This document shows, piece after piece, positions 47,796 to 58,070 of a stretch of DNA of 64,000 bases (positions are counted from its first letter, which is position 1; every line of letters begins with the position of its first letter). Below the pieces are notes generated by a model, which saw nothing but the letters and a program-made list of their open reading frames with translations, did not search any database and was not told the DNA's origin. This DNA is from an uncultured Oscillibacter sp. (GTDB lineage: Bacteria; Bacillota; Clostridia; Oscillospirales; Oscillospiraceae): positions 7,067-71,066 of the forward strand of contig CANDBG010000004.1 in assembly GCA_947382875.1 (NCBI GenBank). The letters run 5' to 3'. The position numbers and the translations under genes were made by a program.

Positions 47796-49640
47796 GTGTG
47801 CGCCATTTGTGGAGTTTTGAATTGGAAGGGCTGTCCGGAGATTCGGCAGGAGGATGTTGAAAAGATGCTGAAGGCGCTCCGGCACCGCGGGCCGGACGGA
47901 AGCCAGAGCCTGTTTCTGGAAGGGGCTGCGCTGGGCTTCAACCGTCTGAGCTTCGTCGACCTGGATGGAGGAATGCAGCCCTTGCAGAATGAGGATGAAA
48001 CCATTTCCATGATCTGCAACGGGGAGATTTTTAATTTCCAGGAGCTGCGCCGGGAACTGGAAGAAAAAGGCCACCGGTTCCGTACAAGGACCGATGTGGA
48101 AGTGATTCTGCATCTTTACGAGGAGGAAGGACTCGATTTTGCGAACCGTCTGAACGGACAGTTTGCGATTGCGCTGTATGACGGACGAAGAAAGCGCCTG
48201 CTTTTGGTGCGGGACCCCATTGGCATTTGTCCGCTGTTTTATACCATCGTCGGGGAACAAGTCGTGTTTGCGTCGGAGATCAAGGGGATTCTGGAGTATC
48301 CCGGCGTGGAACGGCGCTTGAACCTCAAGGCAGTGGACCAGCTGATGAACTTCCCCGGCGTGGTGTCGCCCACGACGTTTTTTGATGGTATTGATTCCCT
48401 CCGGGCCGGGCATATGCTGCAAATCGAGCCGGGCAAGGAAATTCAGGACCGGGAATATTGGGACCTGCTCTATCATCCCGTCGAGGAGGAGGACCGGGGC
48501 GAGGCGTATTATGTGGAGCGCCTGCGGGAACTGCTCAAGGAAGCGATTTCCCGCCGCCTGATTGCGGATGTGCCCATCGGATTCTATATTTCCGGCGGGC
48601 TGGACAGCTCGGTTGTGGCGTGTTATATCGGCAAGTATTTGCTGAACAGTTACTATTCGTTCTCTGCCGAAATTGGTTCCGGCGAGCTGGACGAGAGCCG
48701 GTTTCAACAGATTATTCATGAGTATGTGGATTCGACGCATTACGTCACGAAAATCACCGAGGACGAACTTTGGGAAAATCTTACGAAGGTCATTTACCAT
48801 GCGGAGTCGGCGGTAAAGGAGAGCTATGATGTCGCGGCCTTTTTGCTGTCCAAGCTGGTAAGCGGGTCTCCGGCGAAGGCTGTGCTGACGGGCCAGGGTT
48901 CCGACGAGTTCTTCTGCGGATACGTCGGCTATATGGTGGACTTGTTCCGCGGAATGCAGAAGGATAAAATGACGCCGGAGGAATGCGCCTTGAACGAGCG
49001 TCTGTGGGGCGACCCGTATTTTCGTTTCGAGCGGAATCATCCGGAAATTCGGAAGCTGCACCAGCAGGTATACAGCAAAGACGCCTGGGGACAGCTGGAT
49101 CGCTTTTCCGCTTTGAAGGAAAGCCCGATCAATGTGGACCATGTACGGGGCCTCAGCACCCAGAGACGCCGGTCGTATATTGACTATAAACTGCGTCTTT
49201 CGGACCATCTTTTGGGCGAGCATGGAGACCGAATGTTCTTCTCTCATTCCGTGGAGGGACGGCATCCGTTCCTGGACAAAGAGCTGTTGGAGTTTGTGGC
49301 GACCATTCCGGACAAGTACAAGCTCAACGGCACAAACGAGAAATATATTCTGAAAAAGGCCGCCCAGGGCATCGTGCCGGACGAGATTTTGAAGCGGAAG
49401 AAATTCCCCTTCCAGGCCCCCGGTATGTCTGCGATGGTGAAACGTTCCCGGGGACGACTGGAATTTTTGAGCGAGTCCCTGATTCGGAAATATGGCGTTT
49501 TTGACCCGAACCATGTGCAGGAAATGCTGCGGCTGTACAGCGAGCCGGATTTCAAGCTGATGGGCGCCTATGAGATTGATTATCTGCTCATTGTGATGAC
49601 CGTAACCATGCTTTGCGAGACGTTCTCTTTGAGCGTGTAA
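47796..49640 (+). CDS. asnB: glutamine-hydrolysing asparagine synthase family amidotransferase
   Basis: GTG start gives MCAICG (Ntn Cys); HRGPD, SGGLDSS, GQGSDE. Confidence 0.9.
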   Translation: MCAICGVLNWKGCPEIRQEDVEKMLKALRHRGPDGSQSLFLEGAALGFNRLSFVDLDGGMQPLQNEDETISMICNGEIFNFQELRRELEEKGHRFRTRTDVEVILHLYEEEGLDFANRLNGQFAIALYDGRRKRLLLVRDPIGICPLFYTIVGEQVVFASEIKGILEYPGVERRLNLKAVDQLMNFPGVVSPTTFFDGIDSLRAGHMLQIEPGKEIQDREYWDLLYHPVEEEDRGEAYYVERLRELLKEAISRRLIADVPIGFYISGGLDSSVVACYIGKYLLNSYYSFSAEIGSGELDESRFQQIIHEYVDSTHYVTKITEDELWENLTKVIYHAESAVKESYDVAAFLLSKLVSGSPAKAVLTGQGSDEFFCGYVGYMVDLFRGMQKDKMTPEECALNERLWGDPYFRFERNHPEIRKLHQQVYSKDAWGQLDRFSALKESPINVDHVRGLSTQRRRSYIDYKLRLSDHLLGEHGDRMFFSHSVEGRHPFLDKELLEFVATIPDKYKLNGTNEKYILKKAAQGIVPDEILKRKKFPFQAPGMSAMVKRSRGRLEFLSESLIRKYGVFDPNHVQEMLRLYSEPDFKLMGAYEIDYLLIVMTVTMLCETFSLSV

Positions 49641-49661
49641 GGGACGCGCGATTGAAACAAG

Positions 49662-49705
49662 AAAAAAGCGCCGCAGATTTTGGAAGGTCTGCGGCGCTTT
49701 GGTTA
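49662..49705. terminator. bidirectional terminator
   Basis: AAAGCGCCGCAGA/TCTGCGGCGCTTT. Confidence 0.8.
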
Positions 49706-49858
49706 TTCCTTTGTTATATGTAGGACTTCTGTTTCCACACCCTCCACCGGGGCGGTAATCCGGATGGAATGCGCGTCGGCCCCGGCGGGTTCCAGACGGG
49801 ACTTCCTTACAAGATATTCCAACGCCGTGGCCAATAAAGTCGCTTTTTCGTTTTCCAT
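49703..49858 (-). CDS. 51-aa small protein divergent from the recombinase
   Basis: AGGAGGT RBS; MENEKATLLATALEYLVRKSRLEPAGADAHSIRITAPVEGVETEVLHITKE. Confidence 0.6.
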   Translation of the reverse strand: MENEKATLLATALEYLVRKSRLEPAGADAHSIRITAPVEGVETEVLHITKE

Positions 49859-50009
49859 ACCTGTACCTCCTTTTCTGCTTCCATCCTATGCGCCGGGCTG
49901 GATTCTATTCGGTTCCTGTTCTGCCGGAAATTGCACATTTTTGAAGCGGCTATGTGCGTATATTGGGTAGCAGAAGAAGACGGGCGCTTTTGGGCAAAGG
50001 AGGAATTCC

Positions 50010-51359
50010 ATGAAGCGTGTATTTTTATATGTCCGCGTAAGCACGGAGGAACAGGCCATTCATGGCCTGTCCATCGGGGCGCAGACCGCCGCTCTGGAAA
50101 CCTGGGCGGCAGCAAACGGTCACAAGGTAGCAGGCATCTACACCGACGCCGGAATCTCGGCCCGCAAACCGGCTTCGAAGCGTCCGGAGCTGCTGCGGCT
50201 TCTGGAAGATGTAAAGAGCGGAAAGGGGGACCTGATTGTTTTTACCAAGCTGGACCGTTGGTTCCGAAACATTGCGGAATATTACAAGGTACAGGAAGTT
50301 CTGGAAACGCACAGAGTTGACTGGAAAACCATTCAGGAGGATTATGATACTTCCAGCGCCTCCGGACGGCTGAAAATCAACATTATGCTTTCCGTAGCCC
50401 AGGACGAGGCCGACCGCACCAGCGAACGCATCAAAGCGGTCATGGAGATCAAGCGGCAGAAACGGGAGCCGTTGACCGGAGACTGTCCAACGGGCTATCA
50501 GCTGGAAGGAAAAGCCCTCATAAAAGCGCCGGAAAAAGAGGCGGCGGTATCCGCTTTTTTCCGGACGTATCTGGAAAGCGGTTCCACTTCGGAAGCCATA
50601 CAATGCGCCCGCAGGCATGGCCTTCGAATTTCCTGTCAGCTGGCGCACAAGATGCTTTCGCATCCCTGCTACTACGGACATTATTATGGAGTGGACGGCA
50701 TGACGCCGCCATACATCACCAAAGAAGAATTTGACAAGATTCAAGCCATGCGGAAGCACATTGTCCGCAAAACGTCCAAAAACCGTGTTTACATTTTTTC
50801 AGGGCTCGTATTCTGCGGCGAATGCGGCGGTCGGATGGGCGGCCGGGTAAATACAAACCAGGCGTCTTTTTTCTACAACTGCACGGCCCACTATATGAAA
50901 ACAAAAGACTGCGACAACAACCGGAACCCTGGCGAGAAAAAAATAGAGGCCTGCTTACTGAGGGACCTTGACAGCGCCATGCGGTTGATGAAGCTGGAAG
51001 CGTCAGGCTTGCACGAAAAGGAAAAACCGCGGGATTTTACCGCGGAAATCCAATCGCTGCGGCGGAAATGCCGTCGGGTCAAGGATTTATATGTAGACCT
51101 CATGATTTCACGCGAGGAATGCAGGCGGCGAATCGATGAATACGAAAAAGCGATCAGGGATCTGGAAAATCTGGCCGCCGCGCCGCGTAAAATGGACGCT
51201 TCCGCACTGGAAGCGGCGTTGCAGGAGGAGTGGACACAAATGTATTTCGACCTGAAGCCAGAAGAAAAACGGGGCTTCTGGCGAATTCTCCTGAAAGAAA
51301 TCCGAATCCATCAAGACCGGCGGATCGAGTACCAATGGAACCTTTCCGGGCTGTCATAA
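50010..51359 (+). mobile_element. large serine recombinase (resolvase, recombinase, Zn-ribbon, coiled coil)
   Basis: YVRVSTEEQ, DAGISA, KLDRWFR, CGECGGRM..YNC. Confidence 0.93.
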
Positions 51360-51383
51360 AATACTTCATAAGAGATACGCGTC

Positions 51384-51413
51384 TGTCGAGGGACTCAAAT
51401 AAATAATAGGCAT
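51384..51413 (-). pseudogene. 5' fragment (MPIIYLSPST) of an interrupted gene, probably N-acetylmuramoyl-L-alanine amidase
   Basis: GGAGGAGG RBS and ATG; the 10 codons resemble Clostridial amidase N-termini as I recall them; stop at 51366 beside the recombinase end. Confidence 0.65.
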
Positions 51414-51432
51414 GGCGATTCCTCCTCCGTCC

Positions 51433-51460
51433 ATTTTATGATGGTTCCGGCGAAAGCGTA
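51433..51460 (-). promoter_or_regulatory. sigK-like mother-cell promoter
   Basis: TACG-N16-CATAAAAT just upstream of the RBS. Confidence 0.5.
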
Positions 51461-51547
51461 CCGCTTTTTCCGCAAAGGGGGCGTCTCCAAGGGGAAGGGG
51501 AGTTGTGGCCGAAAGGACACACAGGTCCGCCCCTGCAAAAGAAATGC

Positions 51548-51576
51548 TTGCACTTTCCGGCAGAGTGTGGTATATT
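51548..51576 (+). promoter_or_regulatory. sigma-A promoter of the rimP operon
   Basis: TTGCAC-N17-TATATT with TGn extension. Confidence 0.7.
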
Positions 51577-51612
51577 GCATATGTTAGAGTATGGTAGTAG
51601 GGTGAAGGATCA

Positions 51613-51640
51613 GGAGTGGGCCGCAAGCCCGCTCTTTCTT
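51613..51640 (+). promoter_or_regulatory. rimP leader hairpin or attenuator
   Basis: GAGTGGGC/GCCCGCTC followed by TTTCTT. Confidence 0.55.
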
Positions 51641-51688
51641 ATTGACTTTTTCACCCGTCTGAAATCTGGAACGCACAGGAGGACGTGC

Positions 51689-52150
51689 ATGAAAAAAATC
51701 ACCGAGCTGACTGCCGAACTGGCGGCTCCGGCCATCGCAGAGGCGGGCTGCACCTTGTGGGACGTGGAGTATGTCAAGGAGGGCGGAACGTGGTATCTCC
51801 GGGTTCTGCTGGACAAAGAGGGCGGCGTGGATATCCTGGACTGTGAGGCTGTCTCACGAAAACTTTCCGACCTGCTGGACGAAGCCGATCCCATTGAAGG
51901 CAGCTATACGCTGGAGGTCGGCTCTGCCGGCGCGGAACGGGCGCTGAAGCGTCCCGGTGATTTCCAGCGTTTTCTGGGCAGTCCGGTGCTGGTGAAGCTC
52001 TACCGCCCCCTGGATGGCCGGAAAGAACTGGCGGGTACGCTGTCGGACTACGACGCGTCCACCGGAGCCGTTACCGTCACCCTGCCCGGCGGTCCGCACA
52101 CTTTGGAAAAAAAGGATGTCGCCCTGGTCCGCCTGCGGGTGGAATTCTAA
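51689..52150 (+). CDS. rimP: ribosome maturation factor RimP
   Basis: YTLEVGSAGAERAL; operon position. Confidence 0.95.
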   Translation: MKKITELTAELAAPAIAEAGCTLWDVEYVKEGGTWYLRVLLDKEGGVDILDCEAVSRKLSDLLDEADPIEGSYTLEVGSAGAERALKRPGDFQRFLGSPVLVKLYRPLDGRKELAGTLSDYDASTGAVTVTLPGGPHTLEKKDVALVRLRVEF

Positions 52151-52183
52151 GGCGTTTCCATCTGACAGTAAGGAGAATCAACG

Positions 52184-53368
52184 ATGAAAGGCAAAAAACA
52201 GAAGGAACCAGCGGGCATGAATCCCGGGGAAATTTTTGCCGCCCTGGAGCTGCTGGAAAAAGAACGCAATATCCCTCGTTCCTTCATGATGGATAAGATT
52301 ATTCAGGCCATCACCACCGCTTACAAAAAAGACCACACCGATGTGGAAAACGTAATCGTGGAGGTGGACGAGGAGCACCGGGATCTTCGGATGTTCGTAC
52401 AGAAGGTTGTGGTCGACGAGGAGGATTATGTCGATCCGTTCAACGAAGTGCCCCTGGAAGAAGCAAAGGCCATGTCGGCCCGGTACGAAATCGGCAGCGT
52501 GATCAATTTCCCCGTGGACAAAATGGAATTTGGACGCATCGCCGCCGGCAATGGAAAACAAGTCATCATTCAGGGCCTGCGGGAAGCCGAACGCGGTATG
52601 GTTTACGACGAATTCAACTCCAAGCAGCACGAAATTCTTACCGGCGTCGTCACCCGCATCGACCCCCGCAACGACGCTGCGTCCCTCCGTATCGGCACCG
52701 GTTCGGAGTCCACGGAGGCGCTGCTTCTGGCCGGGGAACAGGTGCCCGGCGAAACCCTGGAAGAAGGAATGCATATCCGGGTTTACGTGGTGGACGTACG
52801 GCGTTCCACCCGCGGCCCCCAGGTGCTGATCTCCCGGACCCATCCGGGTTTGGTGAAGCGGCTTTTTGAGCTGGAAGTGCCGGAGATTTTTGACGGGATT
52901 GTTGAAGTCAAATCTATCGCGCGGGAAGCCGGAAGCCGGACCAAAATGGCCGTCTGGTCCTCCGACGAGAACATCGACCCTATCGGCGCGTGTGTCGGTC
53001 CCAGAGGCCAGCGGGTGGCGGGGATTGTCGAGGAGCTGCGGGGCGAAAAAATTGATATTATCAAGTACAGCGAGGACCCCGCCGAATTCATTGCCGCCGC
53101 TCTGGCCCCCGCCGATGTGGTGGAGGTTCGTATGGAACCCGAGGGCAAAGCCTGCCGCTGTCTGGTGCCGGACGACCAGCTCTCCCTGGCCATCGGCAAA
53201 GAGGGTCAGAACGCCCGTCTTGCGGCGAAGCTCACCGGCTACAAAATTGACATCAAACCTCAGAGCTATCAGGAACCCGAGGCCGACGAGGACACAGGGG
53301 AAGAACCGGCGGAGCTTCCTTATGAAATCACAGAGGAAGAGGGCATTGAGGAAACTTCGGAGGAATGA
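52184..53368 (+). CDS. nusA: transcription factor NusA
   Basis: AREAGSRTK, GACVG, AIGKEGQNARLA. Confidence 0.97.
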   Translation: MKGKKQKEPAGMNPGEIFAALELLEKERNIPRSFMMDKIIQAITTAYKKDHTDVENVIVEVDEEHRDLRMFVQKVVVDEEDYVDPFNEVPLEEAKAMSARYEIGSVINFPVDKMEFGRIAAGNGKQVIIQGLREAERGMVYDEFNSKQHEILTGVVTRIDPRNDAASLRIGTGSESTEALLLAGEQVPGETLEEGMHIRVYVVDVRRSTRGPQVLISRTHPGLVKRLFELEVPEIFDGIVEVKSIAREAGSRTKMAVWSSDENIDPIGACVGPRGQRVAGIVEELRGEKIDIIKYSEDPAEFIAAALAPADVVEVRMEPEGKACRCLVPDDQLSLAIGKEGQNARLAAKLTGYKIDIKPQSYQEPEADEDTGEEPAELPYEITEEEGIEETSEE

Positions 53369-53411
53369 GTCCAATGGGTTCCTCAGAAAACGGAAAGGCG
53401 GTTGGTGAGCT

Positions 53412-53684
53412 GTGCCGAAAGTGAAAAAGATTCCTCTCCGGCAGTGCGTAGGCTGCCGGGAGATGAAGGAGAAAAAAACCTTGCTGCGGGTGGTGCGGTC
53501 CCCTGAGGGAACCGTCAGCCTGGACTTCGGCGGGAAAAAGCCCGGCCGGGGCGCTTATGTGTGCCATGATGTGGCGTGTCTGAAAAAAGCGCGGAAGTCC
53601 CGGGCTCTGGAGCGGGCCTTTGAAACGGCCATCCCGCCGGAGGTGTACGACGCTATGGAGGCGGAGTTAGGAGGCGTGACATGA
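53412..53684 (+). CDS. ylxR: YlxR/RnpM RNA-binding protein
   Basis: PLRQCVGC, KKPGRGAYVC. Confidence 0.93.
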   Translation: MPKVKKIPLRQCVGCREMKEKKTLLRVVRSPEGTVSLDFGGKKPGRGAYVCHDVACLKKARKSRALERAFETAIPPEVYDAMEAELGGVT

Positions 53685-54346
53685 ATCCAGTGCTTTCCAT
53701 GCTGGGCCTGTCGCTGCGGGGCGGACGCCTGGCCGTGGGCGACGAACCTGCGGCTCTGGCGGCGCGGGCCGGAGAAGCCCGTCTTCTTGTGACGGCCTCC
53801 GACGCAGGCGGAAGCATCCTGCGGCGTACGGAGCATCTGGCGGAAATTGGACATTGCCTGTGGCTGACGATTCCCTTCACCAAAGCGGAACTGGGCGGCG
53901 CATTGGGCCGGGGTTCGGCGGCGGTGGCCGCTGTGACCGACCTGGGCCTTGCGGCGGCAATCGTGAAGCGTCTGGCCGCGCTGGACCCGGACGCCTACGG
54001 TGAAGCGGCGGAGCGTATGGCGCTGAAGGTCCGCCGGGCGGCGGAGCGTAAGAAGGCGTCCTCCCGAAAGCCGCCGGAAAGGGCAAAGGCGGACCGTCCA
54101 AAGCGTTCGCCGGAGGGTTGCGGAAGACGTCCGGCGGAACGCCGGGAAGGGCCGGGACGTGGAAAACGTCCGCCGGGAAAACCGGGGCCTGACCGGGGAA
54201 AACCCCGTGCTGCGGAAGGGCATTCCTCCCGAAAGCAAACGGGAAACCGTTCCCGCCTGTACGGGCCGCGCCGGAATTCCGCACAGGGTTCCGACCGGAG
54301 ACCGGGACGCCGTTCCGACGGTCCGGGACGGGGCGGAGGCCGCTGA
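53681..54346 (+). CDS. L7Ae/YlxQ-like protein with long basic low-complexity tail
   Basis: LGLSLRGGRLAVG, ASDA, ELGGALG; R/G/P-rich C-terminus. Confidence 0.85.
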   Translation: MNPVLSMLGLSLRGGRLAVGDEPAALAARAGEARLLVTASDAGGSILRRTEHLAEIGHCLWLTIPFTKAELGGALGRGSAAVAAVTDLGLAAAIVKRLAALDPDAYGEAAERMALKVRRAAERKKASSRKPPERAKADRPKRSPEGCGRRPAERREGPGRGKRPPGKPGPDRGKPRAAEGHSSRKQTGNRSRLYGPRRNSAQGSDRRPGRRSDGPGRGGGR

Positions 54347-54486
54347 GGTGCCGCGCCGTTTGGTCCGGTGGAAAATCCCGGCTTGTGTTTTATTAAAATT
54401 TACGGTTTCCGGTCCGTCTGAAAGCCGCCAATGGCTTTGACGGTTTTCAAACGGATTGGGGACCGGCATATAACGAGGTGTTTGGA

Positions 54487-57159
54487 TTGGCTATTGAAAA
54501 ATACAGAGTGCATGAGGTCGCAAAGGATTTCGGCGTCCCGACCAAAACCATTACGGAGATTCTGACCAAGTATGTGGCCGCGCCGAAAAACCATATGCAG
54601 GTCTTGACGGATCACGAGCTTTCCGTCATCTTTGACTGCCTTACCCAGCAGAATCCGATTTCCGATATCCAGGTCATTTTCCAGGAGATATATCAGGAAC
54701 CTGCAAAAGCGCCGGAGACTCCTTCGGCGCACAAAGGCGCTCAAGCGTCTGGACAAAAACCGTCGGGCGGCGCGGCGCAGAAAACGCAGCAGTCAGCGGC
54801 GTCCGGACAGCCGCAGGGGGACGGTCAAAAGCCGGCGTCCGGGCAACAAGCGGCGTCCGGGCAACAAGCGGCGTCTGGTCAGCAACCGACTGTCGGTCAG
54901 GAGCCGGCTTCCGGTCAGGAGCCGGCTTCCGGTCAGCAGCCGACTGTCGGTCAGCAGCCGGCTTCCGGCCAGCAGCCGGCTTCCGGTCAGCAGCCGGCTT
55001 CCGGTCAGAAAGCGGCGGGACAGACACAGCGTCCGGCCGGACAGGGACAGACGGGCGGTCAGAAGCCCGCAGCCCAAACACAAGGCTCCGGACAGCAGAA
55101 AGCAGCCCAGGGGCAAGGTACAAAACCCGCGCCTGCGCCCGTAAAGCCTGCGGCTCCAACCAGCCGTGTGCCGCAGAAGAAAATCGTCGACACCCGCAAG
55201 GGCGGCGACGTAAACCTCGCCAAGTACGACGAACGCCTGGAAACCCTGGGCGGTCAGCAGGGCGAACGGATGCAGCGTCAGCAAAGGAGCGGACGGGAAA
55301 AAGTCCGCAGCGGACAGCAGCGCCGGGGCGGGCCCGCGTTCTCCAACAAACGGCGGCAGGATGAACAGGAACGGATGCGCCGTCTTCAGTTGGAAATCGC
55401 AAAAAAGGCCCCTGTCAAAGTTTCTATTCCTGACGAAATCTCCGTGGGCGAGCTGGCGTCGCGGATGAAAAAAACCGGCGCGGAAGTGGTCAAGTGCCTG
55501 ATGAAAAACGGTGTGATGGCTTCTCTGAGCCAGCTGATTGACTACGATACCGCCGCGTTGGTGGCGATGGAGCTGGGCTGTAAGGTCGAGAAGGAAGTGG
55601 TCGTGACCATCGAGGAACGGCTCATTGATGACCGGCAGGATCAGCCCGAGGAATTGGTTCCCCGTGCACCGGTGGTTGTGGTTATGGGCCACGTCGACCA
55701 CGGCAAAACTTCCTTGCTGGATACCATCCGGAATACCTCCGTTGCCTCCGGCGAGGCCGGCGGCATTACCCAGCACATCGGCGCGTATCAGGTGCAGGTG
55801 AACGGCAAGCCGATTACCTTCCTGGACACGCCGGGCCATGAGGCGTTTACCTCTATGCGCGCCCGCGGCGCGATGGTGACAGATATTGCCATTCTGATGG
55901 TTGCCGCCGACGACGGCATCATGCCGCAGACGATTGAATCCATCAGCCATGCAAAAGCGGCGAATATTCCGATTGTTGTGGCAATCAATAAAATTGATAA
56001 GGAAAATGCAAACCCGGATAAGGTTATGCAGCAGCTGACGGAACATGGTCTCGTTCCCGAGGACTGGGGCGGCGAAACAATTTGCTGCAAGATTTCCGCG
56101 AAGAAGAACATTGGCATTGACAACCTCCTGGAAATGGTGACGCTGACGGCGGAAATGGCCGAATTGAAGGCGAATCCGAACCGGGCAGGTCAGGGTACGG
56201 TCATTGAGGCGCGCCTGGACAAGGGCCGCGGCCCCGTGGCGACGCTTCTGGTACAGAACGGCACGCTGAAACAAGGCGATATTATCATCGCGGGCACTGC
56301 CGTAGGCCGCGTGCGGACGATGCTGGACTACAAGGGCGGACGCCTGACAGAAGCGGGACCGTCCATGCCGGTGGAGATTGCCGGTTTGAGTGAAGCGCCT
56401 ACGGCGGGCAGTCCGTTCTTTGCCGTCCGTGACGAGCGGATGGCGCGGGAGCTGGTGGAACAGCGCAAGGCCGAGGAACGGGCGAAATCCGCTGCGCCGG
56501 TGCAGAAGGTGTCCCTGGAGAACCTGTTTGACCAGATTCAGGCGGGCGAACGGAAAGAGCTGGCGTTGATTGTCAAGGCGGACGTACAGGGCAGCGTGGA
56601 GGCTGTGAAGGCGTCGCTGGAAAAGCTTTCCAACGAGGAGGTCAACGTCCGAGTGATTCACGGCGGCGTTGGCGCGGTGAATGAGTCCGACGTGATGCTT
56701 GCGTCGTCCTCGAATGCGATTATTGTAGGCTTTAACGTCCGCCCGGACGCTGCCGCTCGGGATGGCGCGGCACGGCAAAATGTGGATATGCGGATGTATC
56801 GGGTCATTTATGACTGCATCGACGAAATTACCGCCGCTATGAAAGGTATGCTTGCGCCGAAGTTCCGGGAAGCCCTGCTGGGCCATGCGGAAGTGCGGCA
56901 GACCTACAAGGTCTCCGGCGTGGGCACCGTGGCGGGCTGCTACGTGCAGGACGGCAAAATCGTACGGAATTGCTCGATCCGGCTGGTGCGTGACGGCATT
57001 GTCATTCACGAGGGACAGCTCGCGTCGCTCCAGCGCTTCAAGGACGCGGCAAAGGAAGTTGCCAGCGGCTATGAGTGCGGCCTGACGATTGAAAAGTTCA
57101 ACGATATCAAGGAAGGCGATATTGTCGAAGGCTACACGATGGAGGAAATCCCGCAATAA
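54487..57159 (+). CDS. infB: translation initiation factor IF-2
   Basis: [20 protein letters not shown]; TTG start after GAGGTG. Confidence 0.97.
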   Translation: MAIEKYRVHEVAKDFGVPTKTITEILTKYVAAPKNHMQVLTDHELSVIFDCLTQQNPISDIQVIFQEIYQEPAKAPETPSAHKGAQASGQKPSGGAAQKTQQSAASGQPQGDGQKPASGQQAASGQQAASGQQPTVGQEPASGQEPASGQQPTVGQQPASGQQPASGQQPASGQKAAGQTQRPAGQGQTGGQKPAAQTQGSGQQKAAQGQGTKPAPAPVKPAAPTSRVPQKKIVDTRKGGDVNLAKYDERLETLGGQQGERMQRQQRSGREKVRSGQQRRGGPAFSNKRRQDEQERMRRLQLEIAKKAPVKVSIPDEISVGELASRMKKTGAEVVKCLMKNGVMASLSQLIDYDTAALVAMELGCKVEKEVVVTIEERLIDDRQDQPEELVPRAPVVVVMGHVDHGKTSLLDTIRNTSVASGEAGGITQHIGAYQVQVNGKPITFLDTPGHEAFTSMRARGAMVTDIAILMVAADDGIMPQTIESISHAKAANIPIVVAINKIDKENANPDKVMQQLTEHGLVPEDWGGETICCKISAKKNIGIDNLLEMVTLTAEMAELKANPNRAGQGTVIEARLDKGRGPVATLLVQNGTLKQGDIIIAGTAVGRVRTMLDYKGGRLTEAGPSMPVEIAGLSEAPTAGSPFFAVRDERMARELVEQRKAEERAKSAAPVQKVSLENLFDQIQAGERKELALIVKADVQGSVEAVKASLEKLSNEEVNVRVIHGGVGAVNESDVMLASSSNAIIVGFNVRPDAAARDGAARQNVDMRMYRVIYDCIDEITAAMKGMLAPKFREALLGHAEVRQTYKVSGVGTVAGCYVQDGKIVRNCSIRLVRDGIVIHEGQLASLQRFKDAAKEVASGYECGLTIEKFNDIKEGDIVEGYTMEEIPQ
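54823..55020 (+). repeat. 18-bp in-frame tandem repeat in infB
   Basis: About 11 units encoding GQQPAS variants. Confidence 0.9.
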
Positions 57160-57217
57160 TGCGCATAATAGGGGCGGCGGCTGTGCCGCTGCCCCTGTGT
57201 TCTGAAGGCGGAAAGCA

Positions 57218-57663
57218 ATGATCGAACGGGACGTTTTTCAAAAACGGGCGGACGAAAATGACGGCCGTCTTCCACTTTTGACCTTGGACGAATTTTTTTC
57301 CGGAAACACGGCAGAGGACTCCATTGCGCCGAACGACTGGGAATATGGCCGTCCTCCGATTTCCGAACTATGGAGGCGGATGCAGGCGCTTGAAAAAACC
57401 CGAACATTGCATGGGTTCGCGTTGCCCTGCACAACGATACGGAAATCACGAAGTCTGACGAAAAAAAGCAGCTGGTTCTTGCAGGGGAGTCCATTGCGGT
57501 GTGTACGTTGCTCCAAGGGCCGGAACTGGAAACGCTTGCGGAGTGCGAACGGCTCTGTTCCGGCGGGGCGGAGGAATGGGAACCCTCTGAACTGGATTCC
57601 ATTTATTCATACAGGCCGCCCGTTCCGGATGGCTTTCATTGTTATTGTATTGTCTGGGACTGA
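57218..57663 (+). pseudogene. frameshifted immunity-like hypothetical gene
   Basis: Shifting frame at A6 (57393-57398) gives one ORF ending ...CYCIVWD*. Confidence 0.65.
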
Positions 57664-57686
57664 CGTTTGAATCAGGAGGGAATCAT

Positions 57687-58067
57687 ATGGCGAGTAATCG
57701 CATTGGCCGAATCAACGAAGAAATTCAACGAGAATTGGCGGAGCAGTTCCGCCGTTTGAAGGACCCCCGCGTATCGGGAACCGGTATGGTTTCCATCACC
57801 CGCGTGGACACCACCGGGGATCTGCGTTATGCCCGTGTTTATGTGAGCGTTTTGGACAAGGCTCAGGAAAAAGATGTGCTGAAGGGCCTGAAATCGGCGT
57901 CCGGATTTCTCCGGCGGGAGCTGGGTCACGCGCTTCAGCTGCGCTATACGCCGGAGCTGCAATTCATCGGCGACGACTCCATTCAGCACGGCGCGCACAT
58001 TCTGGAAGTGCTGCGGCAAGTGGAACGGGACGACGCGGCCCGCGGTCCCGCAGAAACGGAGGAGTAG
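57687..58067 (+). CDS. rbfA: ribosome-binding factor A
   Basis: LKDPR, DLRYARVY, LRYTPELQF. Confidence 0.97.
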   Translation: MASNRIGRINEEIQRELAEQFRRLKDPRVSGTGMVSITRVDTTGDLRYARVYVSVLDKAQEKDVLKGLKSASGFLRRELGHALQLRYTPELQFIGDDSIQHGAHILEVLRQVERDDAARGPAETEE

Positions 58068-58070
58068 TTT

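Noticed and set aside
49700-51400. Prophage or ICE around the recombinase
   Set aside because: No structural, replication or conjugation genes nearby
51477-51540. Degenerate REP-like palindrome (GGGGCGGACCTGTGTGTCC on the minus strand)
   Set aside because: Single imperfect copy in the window; cannot be supported without a genome-wide count
54823-55020. Possible CRISPR array
   Set aside because: Contiguous in-frame 18-bp units with no spacers and no cas genes
54793-57156. Long antisense ORFs (here and opposite purH, purD, nusA, asnB and the adenylation gene)
   Set aside because: Shadow frames of GC-rich genes with no motifs or RBS
57389-57403. Programmed -1 ribosomal frameshift
   Set aside because: The in-frame codons GAA AAA ACC do not form a canonical X XXY YYZ slippery site
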